From positions 96,001-160,000 of IMG/VR virus record IMGVR_UViG_3300045988_176357: a stretch of DNA of 64,000 nt, one strand, 5' to 3'. A program made the translations under genes and the position numbers. This document shows, piece by piece, positions 27,116-35,835 of the stretch; the stretch's first letter is position 1, and the number at the start of each line of letters is the position of its first letter. A model generated the notes under the pieces. It searched no databases, had not been told where the DNA came from, and was given only the letters and a program-made list of their open reading frames with translations. This DNA comes from a virus.

Positions 27116-28936
27116 TTAATAACTTTCATATACATCCTCCTATGGGTCTATTACAACAGGGTGACTGGAGACGGCCTGCACGAACTGACTGAACTAGGAT
27201 CTTGGACTGAAGTTCTGATACTAAGCGGCCAGCACAGAAGTGTCGAACTTCTAGCCCAGCACAGGAAATATTCCGAACTTATGCCATAAGGCTGAGCAGG
27301 CAAAGTTGACGGCATGTGCAAAGTCATCAGGCACACCTGGTTTCTTGCCTATGAAGACAACTGTCCTGTTGCCTATATACGCTCTTGGATCCTACTTAAG
27401 CGCAAGAAAGTCATAGGCAAGCTAAGTCTTATCCTATACATTGAACTTCATTATACGTACAGACGTATCTTTCAGCGCCTGCACAATAAGAGCAAGACTT
27501 CTGGACTTGTCTATTGTATAGTTATAATAGTCAGCCTGCTGCTGAGCTTTGTCGTAGCTTATGATGTCGCCTTTCTTAGGTCCGGTATATGTGAACGGAA
27601 CAGGATACGTGCTTGTGAGCAGCAATCCTCGCTGCTTCATGATCTACATGCGCACAAAACCCGCACCACCGTTATCGTGTGCAAATATATCAGGATGCAG
27701 GATATCTATCCATTGCATCAGCTACTAGGCCTGCTATGTCGGCGTCGTTCCTTTAGGGTATCTCTTGCCGAACAATATATCTATGCGGTCTGTATCCGTT
27801 CGCAACCCTGCTACACACGCAGTTGTGAACGACTATGATACAGCGCCCCCTCCGTCCCAGTCTACACCTATGACTATGCATCTGTACATGTGCCTGATAC
27901 CGAGTATATCCTGTACTGAAGCGATGTTGTAGTCATGTTGGGCTGCAACAAGATCACGCAATGTCAGAGGATTGACTGACTAGTCATACGGCCAGCCGAA
28001 AACTTCATTGTACACACGCAGCTTGGAATAACTGTCGACTTTAGCCAGAAGGTCGTACCATTTTCTAGGTTCATTGGTAGCCTAGTCGATCGTAAGATGC
28101 AGCGGATGTATCGGCTGCCCTATATGGTAGCCTGGGAAAGTGAACTGTCTCTAAGGTACGGCATGTACGAAGCCTCCGTTATGTGGAAACACAGTGCGCC
28201 CACACCTGGAACACACAAGGCCGTTCTTTCCGAGCATTCCAAGAAGATCGTGCTATGGATTGGGTATATTGAAATGGTTGCAGTGTGTGCATCTTATTAT
28301 CCACTATGCCTGCGATGACTTATCCCACAGGATACCGCAAGTAGTATCTGTCGTAGTCGGAGTACCCGCATACATGGAATACCCGTGCCGCAGGTTGGCC
28401 GACATAACCTCACGTATGACAGGCACGAAACTGAAATCCACGTCGGCAAGCTCGTCTATGACTATCTGTGAGCATCCGGACAGGCCTCGCAGAGCATCTG
28501 CGTTGGCGTAAGCGGTGCCCAGATACATGAACGAGCCGACATTGAACTGCTTCAGCAGAGTTTTGCTGAGCTATACTTTTTTGATAAGAGATCCGCATAT
28601 CGGACTGGACTCAAGCAGAGGTTTCAGAATGGTAGTGTGATATCGTGTCCTCTGTTCATCTCTTGGTTCGATATGAAGTATATCATAAAACGGTATCAGA
28701 CTGGAACGCAGTACAGACGACTAGGCTATCTGATAGGTCTTACCGACCTGTCGTCCAGTCATCCATACCTGCTATCTAGGATATATAGTGTTGAACATGG
28801 GTGCGAACTGATAGTGCAGATCCAATGTCAGAGGTTTCCCCTTAAGAGAGAAGATACTCAACAGTGGAATGAACGTCCTCAGTTTGTCCTAGGCGATAGC
28901 ATTCAAACACGATTTAACAGCATCAATTAAAGTCAT
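27116..28936 (-). CDS. Terminase large subunit-like ATPase, TAG-recoded (606 aa with several in-frame TAG).
   Basis: Minus-strand frame traced from ATG 28936 to TAA at 27116-27118. Walker A is QVWMTGRQVGKT; a Walker B-like IVIDELADVD follows. The size fits TerL. Track ORFs 27434..27640(-) and 28304..28528(-) are fragments. The + ORF 27314..27838 is its antisense shadow. Confidence 0.5.
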
Positions 28937-28972
28937 AGTAATTCAAGCATAAAACAGAAAGGAAAAACGAAA

Positions 28973-29335
28973 ATGAAAAGCAAACGGACACCGGAACCAG
29001 ACGCAGAACTCGTAACAGCAATCAAGTGTGCGCCAGACAATGGGGCTTGCGTTACCAAAGTCATCAGCGTACACAAGGCTGCAGCCAATCTGAGCTCGAG
29101 AGCTGCCGCACGTAAAGCTGTACTGGATATAGTTAAAAGCCTGAAACTGAACCATGCCAAAGTCCAGCTGGATTCGGCTGCTTATTTCGATGAAGATATT
29201 TTCAGAGTCCGAATCTGGAAAGAGAAAGCAACAGCAGATGCATGGGATAAGACTGTAATTTACTGGCTCGAGACGATGCCTCTTATAAAGCCGGTCAGGA
29301 ACAAGCTTGCCAAACTGGGATTCAACCTGGACTGA
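28973..29335 (+). CDS. Hypothetical early protein. First standard-code gene.
   Basis: Complete ORF in the track with an A/G-rich RBS. No internal stops in the standard code. Confidence 0.6.
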   Translation: MKSKRTPEPDAELVTAIKCAPDNGACVTKVISVHKAAANLSSRAAARKAVLDIVKSLKLNHAKVQLDSAAYFDEDIFRVRIWKEKATADAWDKTVIYWLETMPLIKPVRNKLAKLGFNLD

Positions 29336-29366
29336 GCTTTACTGTAACAAATGAAAGGAATAAAAG

Positions 29367-29627
29367 ATGAAAAGAAACAATTATGTATTCGCAGTACTGA
29401 GCTCAGGTATATTCCACACGTATATCGAAGCTGCATTTGATAGTGAGCTGTTGGCAATTGCGTACATGCAGAAACGTCTTGATGCTGTGCGGGCAAAGCA
29501 CAAACGAGGATATGGTGGCAGATGGCGTACTGAACCTGACGGGTCGAGAACTGTCATGCTCAGGATGTGTAATCAGCCACACATCCAGCTGAATCTGCAG
29601 AAACTCACCATACAAACCCACCTGTAA
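29367..29627 (+). CDS. Hypothetical small early protein, paralog of 29664..29960.
   Basis: Shared motif AYMQ.R.D..R.KHKRG.GG.W between the two ORFs. Confidence 0.6.
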   Translation: MKRNNYVFAVLSSGIFHTYIEAAFDSELLAIAYMQKRLDAVRAKHKRGYGGRWRTEPDGSRTVMLRMCNQPHIQLNLQKLTIQTHL

Positions 29628-29663
29628 CCAACACATATACGAAATAACTGAAAGGAAAGACCC

Positions 29664-29960
29664 ATGGCAAAAAATAAGAAATGCGCATACATTGTACTGA
29701 GAGATGACAGATTTTATGACTGCCTGTCAGGAGTCGAAGCTTTGTTCGACACAGCAGAAGCAGCTAAAGCCTACATGCAGCATCGTATCGACATGTACAA
29801 AAGGAAACACAGGCGAGGATGGGGCGGCAAATGGAACACTAAGGCGCCGATGAATGAAGAATGCGAAGCCGAAATACGTGCAGGTGACGGCTATTGGTAC
29901 ACACTGTATGTAGAGAAATTTATCATACACACAAAAGAAGATATAAAGGAGCTTGAATGA
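29664..29960 (+). CDS. Hypothetical small early protein, paralog of 29367..29627.
   Basis: ORF track; AAAGGA RBS. Confidence 0.6.
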   Translation: MAKNKKCAYIVLRDDRFYDCLSGVEALFDTAEAAKAYMQHRIDMYKRKHRRGWGGKWNTKAPMNEECEAEIRAGDGYWYTLYVEKFIIHTKEDIKELE

Positions 29961-30364
29961 TCGTTATCAGTCGTCTTTATGTCTCCGGACTTCCTTTAGA
30001 TAAACTCGAGCAACTGGCAGATGAAATCAGCCACAAAGACTTCACAGACGGCTGTGTCTTCGCATGCTCTGTCCACAAGGATGCTGCTAGGATGTACATA
30101 GACACCTTTGAAGGCGTCGCTACCGACCAGATGGACGATGATCTCAACGAGATTGGCAGACTCGCGCTGAATTATGGTTGCCGCATTGCAGGCAAAATCT
30201 TCCAATTTGGTGAATTTGCAGTATGGTCCGGAAACTTCAATGATGTGAATGAGATCGAATGGGTTGACATGACTCTGTTCATGGAACTGCCCACACACGA
30301 GCTCAGAAAACTTGCAACATATGTAGGTGCCGACAATGTCGTACAAGCTCAACACAAATGTTAA
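29957..30364 (+). CDS. Hypothetical protein.
   Basis: ORF track; start overlaps the upstream stop. Confidence 0.55.
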   Translation: MIVISRLYVSGLPLDKLEQLADEISHKDFTDGCVFACSVHKDAARMYIDTFEGVATDQMDDDLNEIGRLALNYGCRIAGKIFQFGEFAVWSGNFNDVNEIEWVDMTLFMELPTHELRKLATYVGADNVVQAQHKC

Positions 30365-31136
30365 GCCGCTTACTGCTGCACAGGAAAAAGAGGCATTCGC
30401 AGACTTCCATTCCCAAGATACAAAGAAAAGCGAGGCTGCTGCCGACCTGCTGCTTTCCGCTAACTCAAAATTGATCTTTAAATTGGCGCAGGAATTCAAG
30501 CACCATCCCATTCCTTTCGACGATCTCATAGCCGAAGGTTGTGTAGGTCTTATGGTAGCGGCTGGGAAGTTCGACATCAACAGAGGAACACGCTTCATTA
30601 CATATGCAGCATGGTGGATAAAACAGCGGATGCGCAAAGCTGTGGAAACACAGAGCCGCACAGTGCGAGTACCTGCAAAGACACATGTGACCAAGTCCAG
30701 ACTCCTCAGGATGCAAGACCAGCTGAGAGACGAACTAGGTTACCAGCCGGACATCTATCAGCTGTCCGAGTACACGGGCATGCCTGAATCCAAGATCAAG
30801 ACGCTGCTGAACAGCCTTGGGCACGGTGTGTCTGTAGATGCGGAATCAGAAGACACTGAAATGTCCAACCTGGAGAAGGCACGTGTAGCCATTGCCGATG
30901 ATCTTGGTGACCTGCTGGACGACTCCGAGCTGCTGGACGAGATGCGCAAAGCTTTCAAGCGCCTTCCTAAACGTGACCAATTCGTGCTTGGTATCAGGTA
31001 TGGACTTGATGGCGGCGGCGTATCCACACTGGAGGAAGTCGCGCAGGAAGTCGGCAGGTGCAGAGAACGATGCAGACAACTTCAGGAAGAAGCCTTAAGG
31101 AAGCTTCGCAGAGAAATCAGAAAACGAACAAGTTGA
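30327..31136 (+). CDS. Sigma-70 family RNA polymerase sigma factor.
   Basis: Region 2 DLIAEGCVGLMVAAGKFDINRGTRFITYAAWWIKQRM matches sigma-70 region 2.1-2.4. A region 4 HTH follows (TLEEVAQEVGRCRERCRQLQEEALRKLR). Confidence 0.8.
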   Translation: MPTMSYKLNTNVKPLTAAQEKEAFADFHSQDTKKSEAAADLLLSANSKLIFKLAQEFKHHPIPFDDLIAEGCVGLMVAAGKFDINRGTRFITYAAWWIKQRMRKAVETQSRTVRVPAKTHVTKSRLLRMQDQLRDELGYQPDIYQLSEYTGMPESKIKTLLNSLGHGVSVDAESEDTEMSNLEKARVAIADDLGDLLDDSELLDEMRKAFKRLPKRDQFVLGIRYGLDGGGVSTLEEVAQEVGRCRERCRQLQEEALRKLRREIRKRTS

Positions 31137-31142
31137 GGCACT

Positions 31143-31448
31143 ATGAAAAACGTATACACAGTGTGTGTCAGCAAACCGGGCAAAAGTCTGATGCGTTCTG
31201 TCACATGTTCTACAGCGAGCCTTGCCAGCTATTACATGCTGTACATGGTCGAGCAATACAATAAGGAACACAAAGACGTGGCGATCAATGCTATGGAAGG
31301 TCCTGACGGCAATATCGACGAAGTGCGCATTGCGGATAAGGATGGCAAGCAGATAGCCTGGATCTTCATTGTTGAAGTTCCTGTACACGCAAAGAAATCG
31401 GATACAGCCAAACTCGGTATGGCTCCCATATTGAAGTGGCTGGAATAA
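31143..31448 (+). CDS. Hypothetical protein.
   Basis: ORF track. Confidence 0.5.
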   Translation: MKNVYTVCVSKPGKSLMRSVTCSTASLASYYMLYMVEQYNKEHKDVAINAMEGPDGNIDEVRIADKDGKQIAWIFIVEVPVHAKKSDTAKLGMAPILKWLE

Positions 31449-31686
31449 AACTCAAATCAAAATCTAAAATGTCTTCAAAGTAAATGAGAATGACGGTGTG
31501 CAGCTATTAAAAGGAGACACCATGACAAAGTCAGCCTTGAAATTCCTCACCAACATTCACATAGCCCCCTAGGAACGCCTTATAAGGCAGAATACGTTTG
31601 CCACATAGAGAACACAGTAGCGCAAGCGTAAGCCCACGGCTAAGGTAAGACCGACACAGGGTGTAAGCCGATAACCGGCACACCTA

Positions 31687-32064
31687 TTGCAAGAAGACAT
31701 CATCAAGTTCCTTCGTAAGCTGCTATATATAGTCACAGGTATTATTTACACACCTGAACGCAACAAGCTGATTCATAAGCTAACAGCAGAAGCATCCAGG
31801 TATTGTAAAAGACAAGTCACTGAAGACGAAATATACAGCTCCGAATGGAGTAAACCGAACAAAGTAATAAAAGTTTATAACTGTAAAAAGGAGAATAAAA
31901 TGAAACGTTGGATTCCAGCACGAAAAGCAGTGCTTCTCCTGCTGTTGGTGCTGGTCGTTGCGGCATTCATGCCGACTACAGTGATAGCTACACTGGTGGC
32001 TATAGGCATATGCTGGCTCGTTGTTACAGGCAGTGACGATAAGGATGGACCAAAGCAGGCCTGA
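31687..32064 (+). CDS. Hypothetical protein with a C-terminal transmembrane helix. Alternative start at 31899 after AAAAAGGAGAATAAA.
   Basis: ORF track; hydrophobic LLLLLVLVVAAFMPTTVIATLVAIGICWLVV segment. Confidence 0.45.
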   Translation: MQEDIIKFLRKLLYIVTGIIYTPERNKLIHKLTAEASRYCKRQVTEDEIYSSEWSKPNKVIKVYNCKKENKMKRWIPARKAVLLLLLVLVVAAFMPTTVIATLVAIGICWLVVTGSDDKDGPKQA

Positions 32065-32150
32065 AGCAAAAGGAAGCCCGTAGAGGGCCGCTAAAGGGGT
32101 CACCCCCTCTCGTTATGTAGGGTTACCCTCTAACAGAAGCCAGAGAGGTC
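32057..32150 (+). promoter_or_regulatory. About 90-nt structured repeat element, copy A, immediately upstream of ATG 32156.
   Basis: About 90% identical to 32757-32837. Two small hairpins (gcccgtagagggc; aggggtcacccct) and the palindrome agggttaccct, then GAGAGG and ATG. Confidence 0.5.
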
Positions 32151-32155
32151 TAAGA

Positions 32156-32386
32156 ATGCAAGGAACGGTCTTGGAGGAGGATATCGGAGCATGTAGAAGA
32201 CAGCAGTATGCTTGCCAGACACCACTGTCGATGGTTTCGGTACTGATTTTGACGAGATTGAGGATGCACTGGCTTAACAGTTACGACGTAACTGTTACTG
32301 ACATGTCGCTATTTTCAAGACACCAGAGGCAGCAGAATATCATAATCCATGCCGAAAGGCTGTTTCGTGGGTATCTTCCTCCTTAA
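32156..32386 (+). CDS. Small hypothetical protein.
   Basis: ORF track, preceded by the repeated element and a GAGAGG RBS. Confidence 0.4.
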   Translation: MQGTVLEEDIGACRRQQYACQTPLSMVSVLILTRLRMHWLNSYDVTVTDMSLFSRHQRQQNIIIHAERLFRGYLPP

Positions 32387-32756
32387 TGGTCCTCCTTCTC
32401 CTCCCCTTAAGGTTCCCTGCACCTTCCTAATCCCCTCTATAGTCTCCCCTTAATGCTCCATCTGCCATAAGGTACTTTTTTTATTAGTTTACCTAGTGTA
32501 CCTTGAAGAAGTACCGTAAGGTACTCTGAAAGGTACACAAGATGGACCTGTATATTAGGTATTATTTATTATGATACCCCTAAAGGGGTATCGTAATAAT
32601 ATAATACTGCGCACGCGCATAATGCGCGACGCATATACACGTATACGCAACACATGCTGCGTCCGGGCTGCGCCCTGTCTGGCATGTGGAGCAAGGATTT
32701 TGATTTTCCTTTGTGTGGCACCATATGTTGCCAGAATCCCATCAAACCTAAAAGAA
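32387..32756. other. Non-coding region with a CT-rich tract, five AAGGTAC-type direct repeats and perfect palindromes. Candidate origin or regulatory region.
   Basis: Pyrimidine tract 32395-32470; (a/g)aaggtac repeats 32468-32540; palindromes gataccccTAAAggggtatc, gcgcacgcgc and atgcgcgacgcat. Confidence 0.4.
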
Positions 32757-32837
32757 AGCCCGTAGAGGGCTCCCAAAGGGGTTACCCCCTCTCGTTGTGT
32801 AGGGTTACCCTCTAACAGAAGCCAGAGAGGCCTTAGA
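32757..32837 (+). promoter_or_regulatory. About 90-nt structured repeat element, copy B, upstream of the sbcD-like gene.
   Basis: Near-identical to 32057-32150; ends AGAGAGGCCTTAGA then ATG 32838. Confidence 0.5.
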
Positions 32838-33923
32838 ATGAAACGAAAGATATATCTTGTCAGTGACTGCCATGTGAAGTCACGATTATGGACCAACTTT
32901 GCTGCTGTGCAGGGCGACGCCTACATGGCAATGCGCAAGATGGCATCCGAAACCGACCCGTCAAGTGTGCTGATCTCCTGTGGAGATTTGCTCGACTCGA
33001 ACAGACCCTCCAATGTCGACCTTGCCGAGACAGCCGAATTCCTGAACCACTTTCACAGGGTGCTGTACATAGCTGGCAACCATGACGACTGTCAGCCGTC
33101 TATCGTGCCTGTGATGTGTCCTTATGCGTTGCATCTGACACCTGATGATGTCGTTCGTGAAGGCAATCTCGTCATCTGCGGCATTGACTGGCAGCGCAGC
33201 AGGGAAGCATTCCTTGAGTGCCTTGCTCAGGCTGCACAAACACTCAGTGACGAGACCAAAGATGGCGGTCAACCCGTATTGATCATGCACCAGGCTGTGC
33301 ACGATTTCCTGTCCATCGACGGCGCCAGCATGTGCACAGCAAAGGAAATCCTGGATACCGTAGGACAGGACGTCCTTGTGTACTCAGGCGACATCCATGT
33401 TGTGCAGCATGTCGCTTCCAGCCTTGGCAAAGGCAGAGTACAGTCTCCAGGTCCGCTCGTCCCTCAGGACACTTTGCAGGCCCGTAGACAGCAGGTTTAC
33501 TGGGAACTCGACAGTGACACCGGGGTACCCACCCGGCACCCCGTCAGCGTGCGTTCTTTTGCGTTTCTTGACAGTGCCGCTCCCGACTTCGACCTTGCAG
33601 CGTCTCTGGATGCTCTTGACAGAAGCCTTGAGCTGCCGCCTGTTGCGATACTGCAGGTGCACGGTGACTATGTGCCGCCTAAAAGTCAGCTCAACAGAGA
33701 GGACTGCATTGTAGTTGTCCGTACGGAACGGACTTCGACAGAAGTAAGAACTGCAGATGAGTCCAGTGTAACTACACTGGAGGAAGCCATAGCTCAGGAA
33801 ATTGAAGCTACCGAACCGCTGCTTGCTGACGTGTTGAAGCCGTTGGTGGACAGGCTGACAACTGCGGATAAACCTGACGAGCTTCTATCGACATTGCTTA
33901 CGAATTGGGAGGTGACCACATGA
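32838..33923 (+). CDS. sbcD: SbcD/Mre11-like metallophosphoesterase nuclease.
   Basis: Phosphoesterase motifs LVSDCHV, GDLLD and GNHDD. Overlaps the SbcC-like gene, as in sbcDC operons. Confidence 0.7.
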   Translation: MKRKIYLVSDCHVKSRLWTNFAAVQGDAYMAMRKMASETDPSSVLISCGDLLDSNRPSNVDLAETAEFLNHFHRVLYIAGNHDDCQPSIVPVMCPYALHLTPDDVVREGNLVICGIDWQRSREAFLECLAQAAQTLSDETKDGGQPVLIMHQAVHDFLSIDGASMCTAKEILDTVGQDVLVYSGDIHVVQHVASSLGKGRVQSPGPLVPQDTLQARRQQVYWELDSDTGVPTRHPVSVRSFAFLDSAAPDFDLAASLDALDRSLELPPVAILQVHGDYVPPKSQLNREDCIVVVRTERTSTEVRTADESSVTTLEEAIAQEIEATEPLLADVLKPLVDRLTTADKPDELLSTLLTNWEVTT

Positions 33924-34166
33924 TACAAGTCAAACACATGGATCTGTTTCATTTCTGCCGGTTCGACAAGCTGTCGCTTGATGTACAGCCAGGTCTAACC
34001 AGAATAGCAGGTCCCAATGGCTCAGGTAAGACGACGGTCTTCAGAGCCCTGATCTACGGTCTGACCGGTTGGTGTGATCCGACATGGGGCACACAAAGCG
34101 ACCTGCAGCAGGACGATGAAAGCGTTCCAGGCTATGTCGAACTGACACTGTCGGTAGACGGCGAGG
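33905..34166 (+). CDS. sbcC: SbcC/Rad50-like ATPase, exon 1 (Walker A GPNGSGKTT). Interrupted by IStron copy 1; the apparent TAA at 34169 lies in the shared element sequence.
   Basis: The N-terminal ABC/SMC head and the C-terminal half at 35832..37514 are each incomplete alone. They fuse in frame when the element is removed. Confidence 0.6.
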
Positions 34167-35835
34167 CTTAACAACCTCCATTGAGGAGTGATCCTCATTG
34201 CAAAGAAAGTGAATTGCTAATAGATCCCAAGAGCCTCACGATGCCTGTAACAAGGATCGAAAGAGAAAACAAAGAAGTGAGGATACCGCAAGGCGACAGT
34301 AAGCCTAAACGGGAGTGACAACGGACGTTTAGCAGCCGAGCCTTGTATCGAGAGATACCCGGTACAAGGAAGGTTCATCGACTAGGACATCGTGTCCGTA
34401 CCCGAGCAGCCGTGTGCGTGATAACGCACGAAAGCAAGGGGAAGTACTCTGGCTCAGGAATGAGTCAATGAAATAGTCAGTGCTTCATGGAAACATGAAG
34501 AGTGGTCAGGAGTGACAACCTGAAACCTGCTACTGGGCGGCAACCGGTAGTGAACAGAACCATGGACTTCAATTGTATTGTTATTTCGTCAAGTTTTATT
34601 TACCGTTTTGATCTTTACAGAACGGAGTTATAATACTCTCAGTAACTGGAGAACACTTTGGAACCAAGAGCACACATAATCAGATTGTACCCGACAAGGG
34701 CACAGGAGAAGCAGCTGAAGAATACCATCGGCTGCGCTCGTTATGCGTACAATTGGGCTCTCGAGAAGTGGCGGGAGATGTATGCCGCACATGATAAGGA
34801 CAAGGCTTCTCCAAAGCCAAGTGCCTTGAAGCTGACCAAGTTATGGACTCAGGAGAAGCCTGACTGGGCACATGAGACAGCTTATTGCAGCCAGCAAAGA
34901 GCGATACATAACGTAGGCGTCGCTTATCAGCGCCTTTAGAGGGGCTTATCGGCGAAGCCGAAGTTCCATAAGAAGGGCGGCAAGGAGACGTTTTACGTTG
35001 ATAATGCGAAGGTCGCATGGTACGGCAATAGAATCCAGTTGCCCGACATCGGACGTGTCCGCGTAGCGGAGCAGATCCGTTTCGAGGGCAAGGTAATGGG
35101 CTACACAGTGTCCCATTATGCCGGACAGTGGCATCTCATAGCTCAGGTCAACGCCGAAGGCGACGTGAAACCTTACTGCGCCGATCCCGAGTCCGTCGTC
35201 GGTATCGACGTAGGACTTCTGAATCCGGCTGTAGCCTCCGATGGAACCGTCTTGCAGCTCCCCATAGAGAAGCTCCAAAAGCTTGACGCCAAGCTCAGGC
35301 GGCAGCAGAAGGCACTCTCCAGAAGTCAGCGCAACTCCAGAAACCACGCGAAGCTTCTCGTAAAGAAGCAGCGTACGCAGAATAAGATCAACAACATCCG
35401 AAAGGATGCAGTACATAAGTTCACGACCACCATTGCCAAGAGCCACGGCAAGGTAGTCATCGAAGATCTGGACATCCAAGGAATGAAGGATAAAGCTCCT
35501 TCAAGAGCCGTCAGAAGGGCGCATAACAGTTCCCTCATGGGCGCCATCCATCGGCAGCTCTCCTACAAAGTCCAGCACCTGATCAAGGTGAATCGCTTCT
35601 TCCCGTCTTCCAAGACCTGCAGCAACTGCGGGCACATAAGGAGCGCCCTTGATTTAAGTGAACGTACATATCATTGCGACCACTGCGGAGCGGTCATCGA
35701 CCGCGACCTCAATGCCGCAATCAACTTGATGAAATCAGGGCTGGTCAAGCCCGAAGCGTCTGTGGAGCAAGTCGGTACCGACTTGCGTTGAAGCAGAAAG
35801 TACAAACGGACGCAACGTCCGTAAGTTCATGACAG
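34167..35835 (+). mobile_element. IStron copy 1: structured 5' group-I-intron-like RNA module (about 34167-34650) plus IS605-family tnpB, inserted in the sbcC-like gene. Boundaries are within a few nt.
   Basis: Shares about 370 nt of structured 5' sequence, including the R-like GGTTCATCGACTAGGAC core, and a common 3' end ccgtaagttcatgacag with copy 2. The host gene reading frame is restored on excision. Confidence 0.65.
34658..35791 (+). CDS. tnpB: TnpB (IS605 OrfB family RuvC-like nuclease) inside IStron copy 1. ATG lost; TTG start tentative.
   Basis: RLYPTRAQ N-terminal HTH; RuvC-I GIDVGL, RuvC-II IEDLD, CxxC..CxxC zinc finger, RuvC-III DRDLNAAINL. 83% identical to the protein at 43225..44340. 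Confidence 0.8.

Noticed and set aside
27314-27838. The + strand 174-aa ORF in the terL region
   Set aside because: Antisense shadow of the minus-strand, TAG-recoded terminase-like gene; junk-like composition.
29996-31388. Minus-strand ORFs 29996..30694, 30465..30716, 30758..31027 and 31095..31388 opposite the sigma-factor region
   Set aside because: Overlap well-supported + strand genes. GC-rich antisense frames stay open by chance.
32057-32150. The 90-nt repeated element as a tRNA, because it contains cctctaac (a CTA anticodon-like loop)
   Set aside because: Could not be folded into a cloverleaf on either strand: no 7-bp acceptor stem and no T-loop GTTCRA. Better explained as a hairpin/promoter leader.
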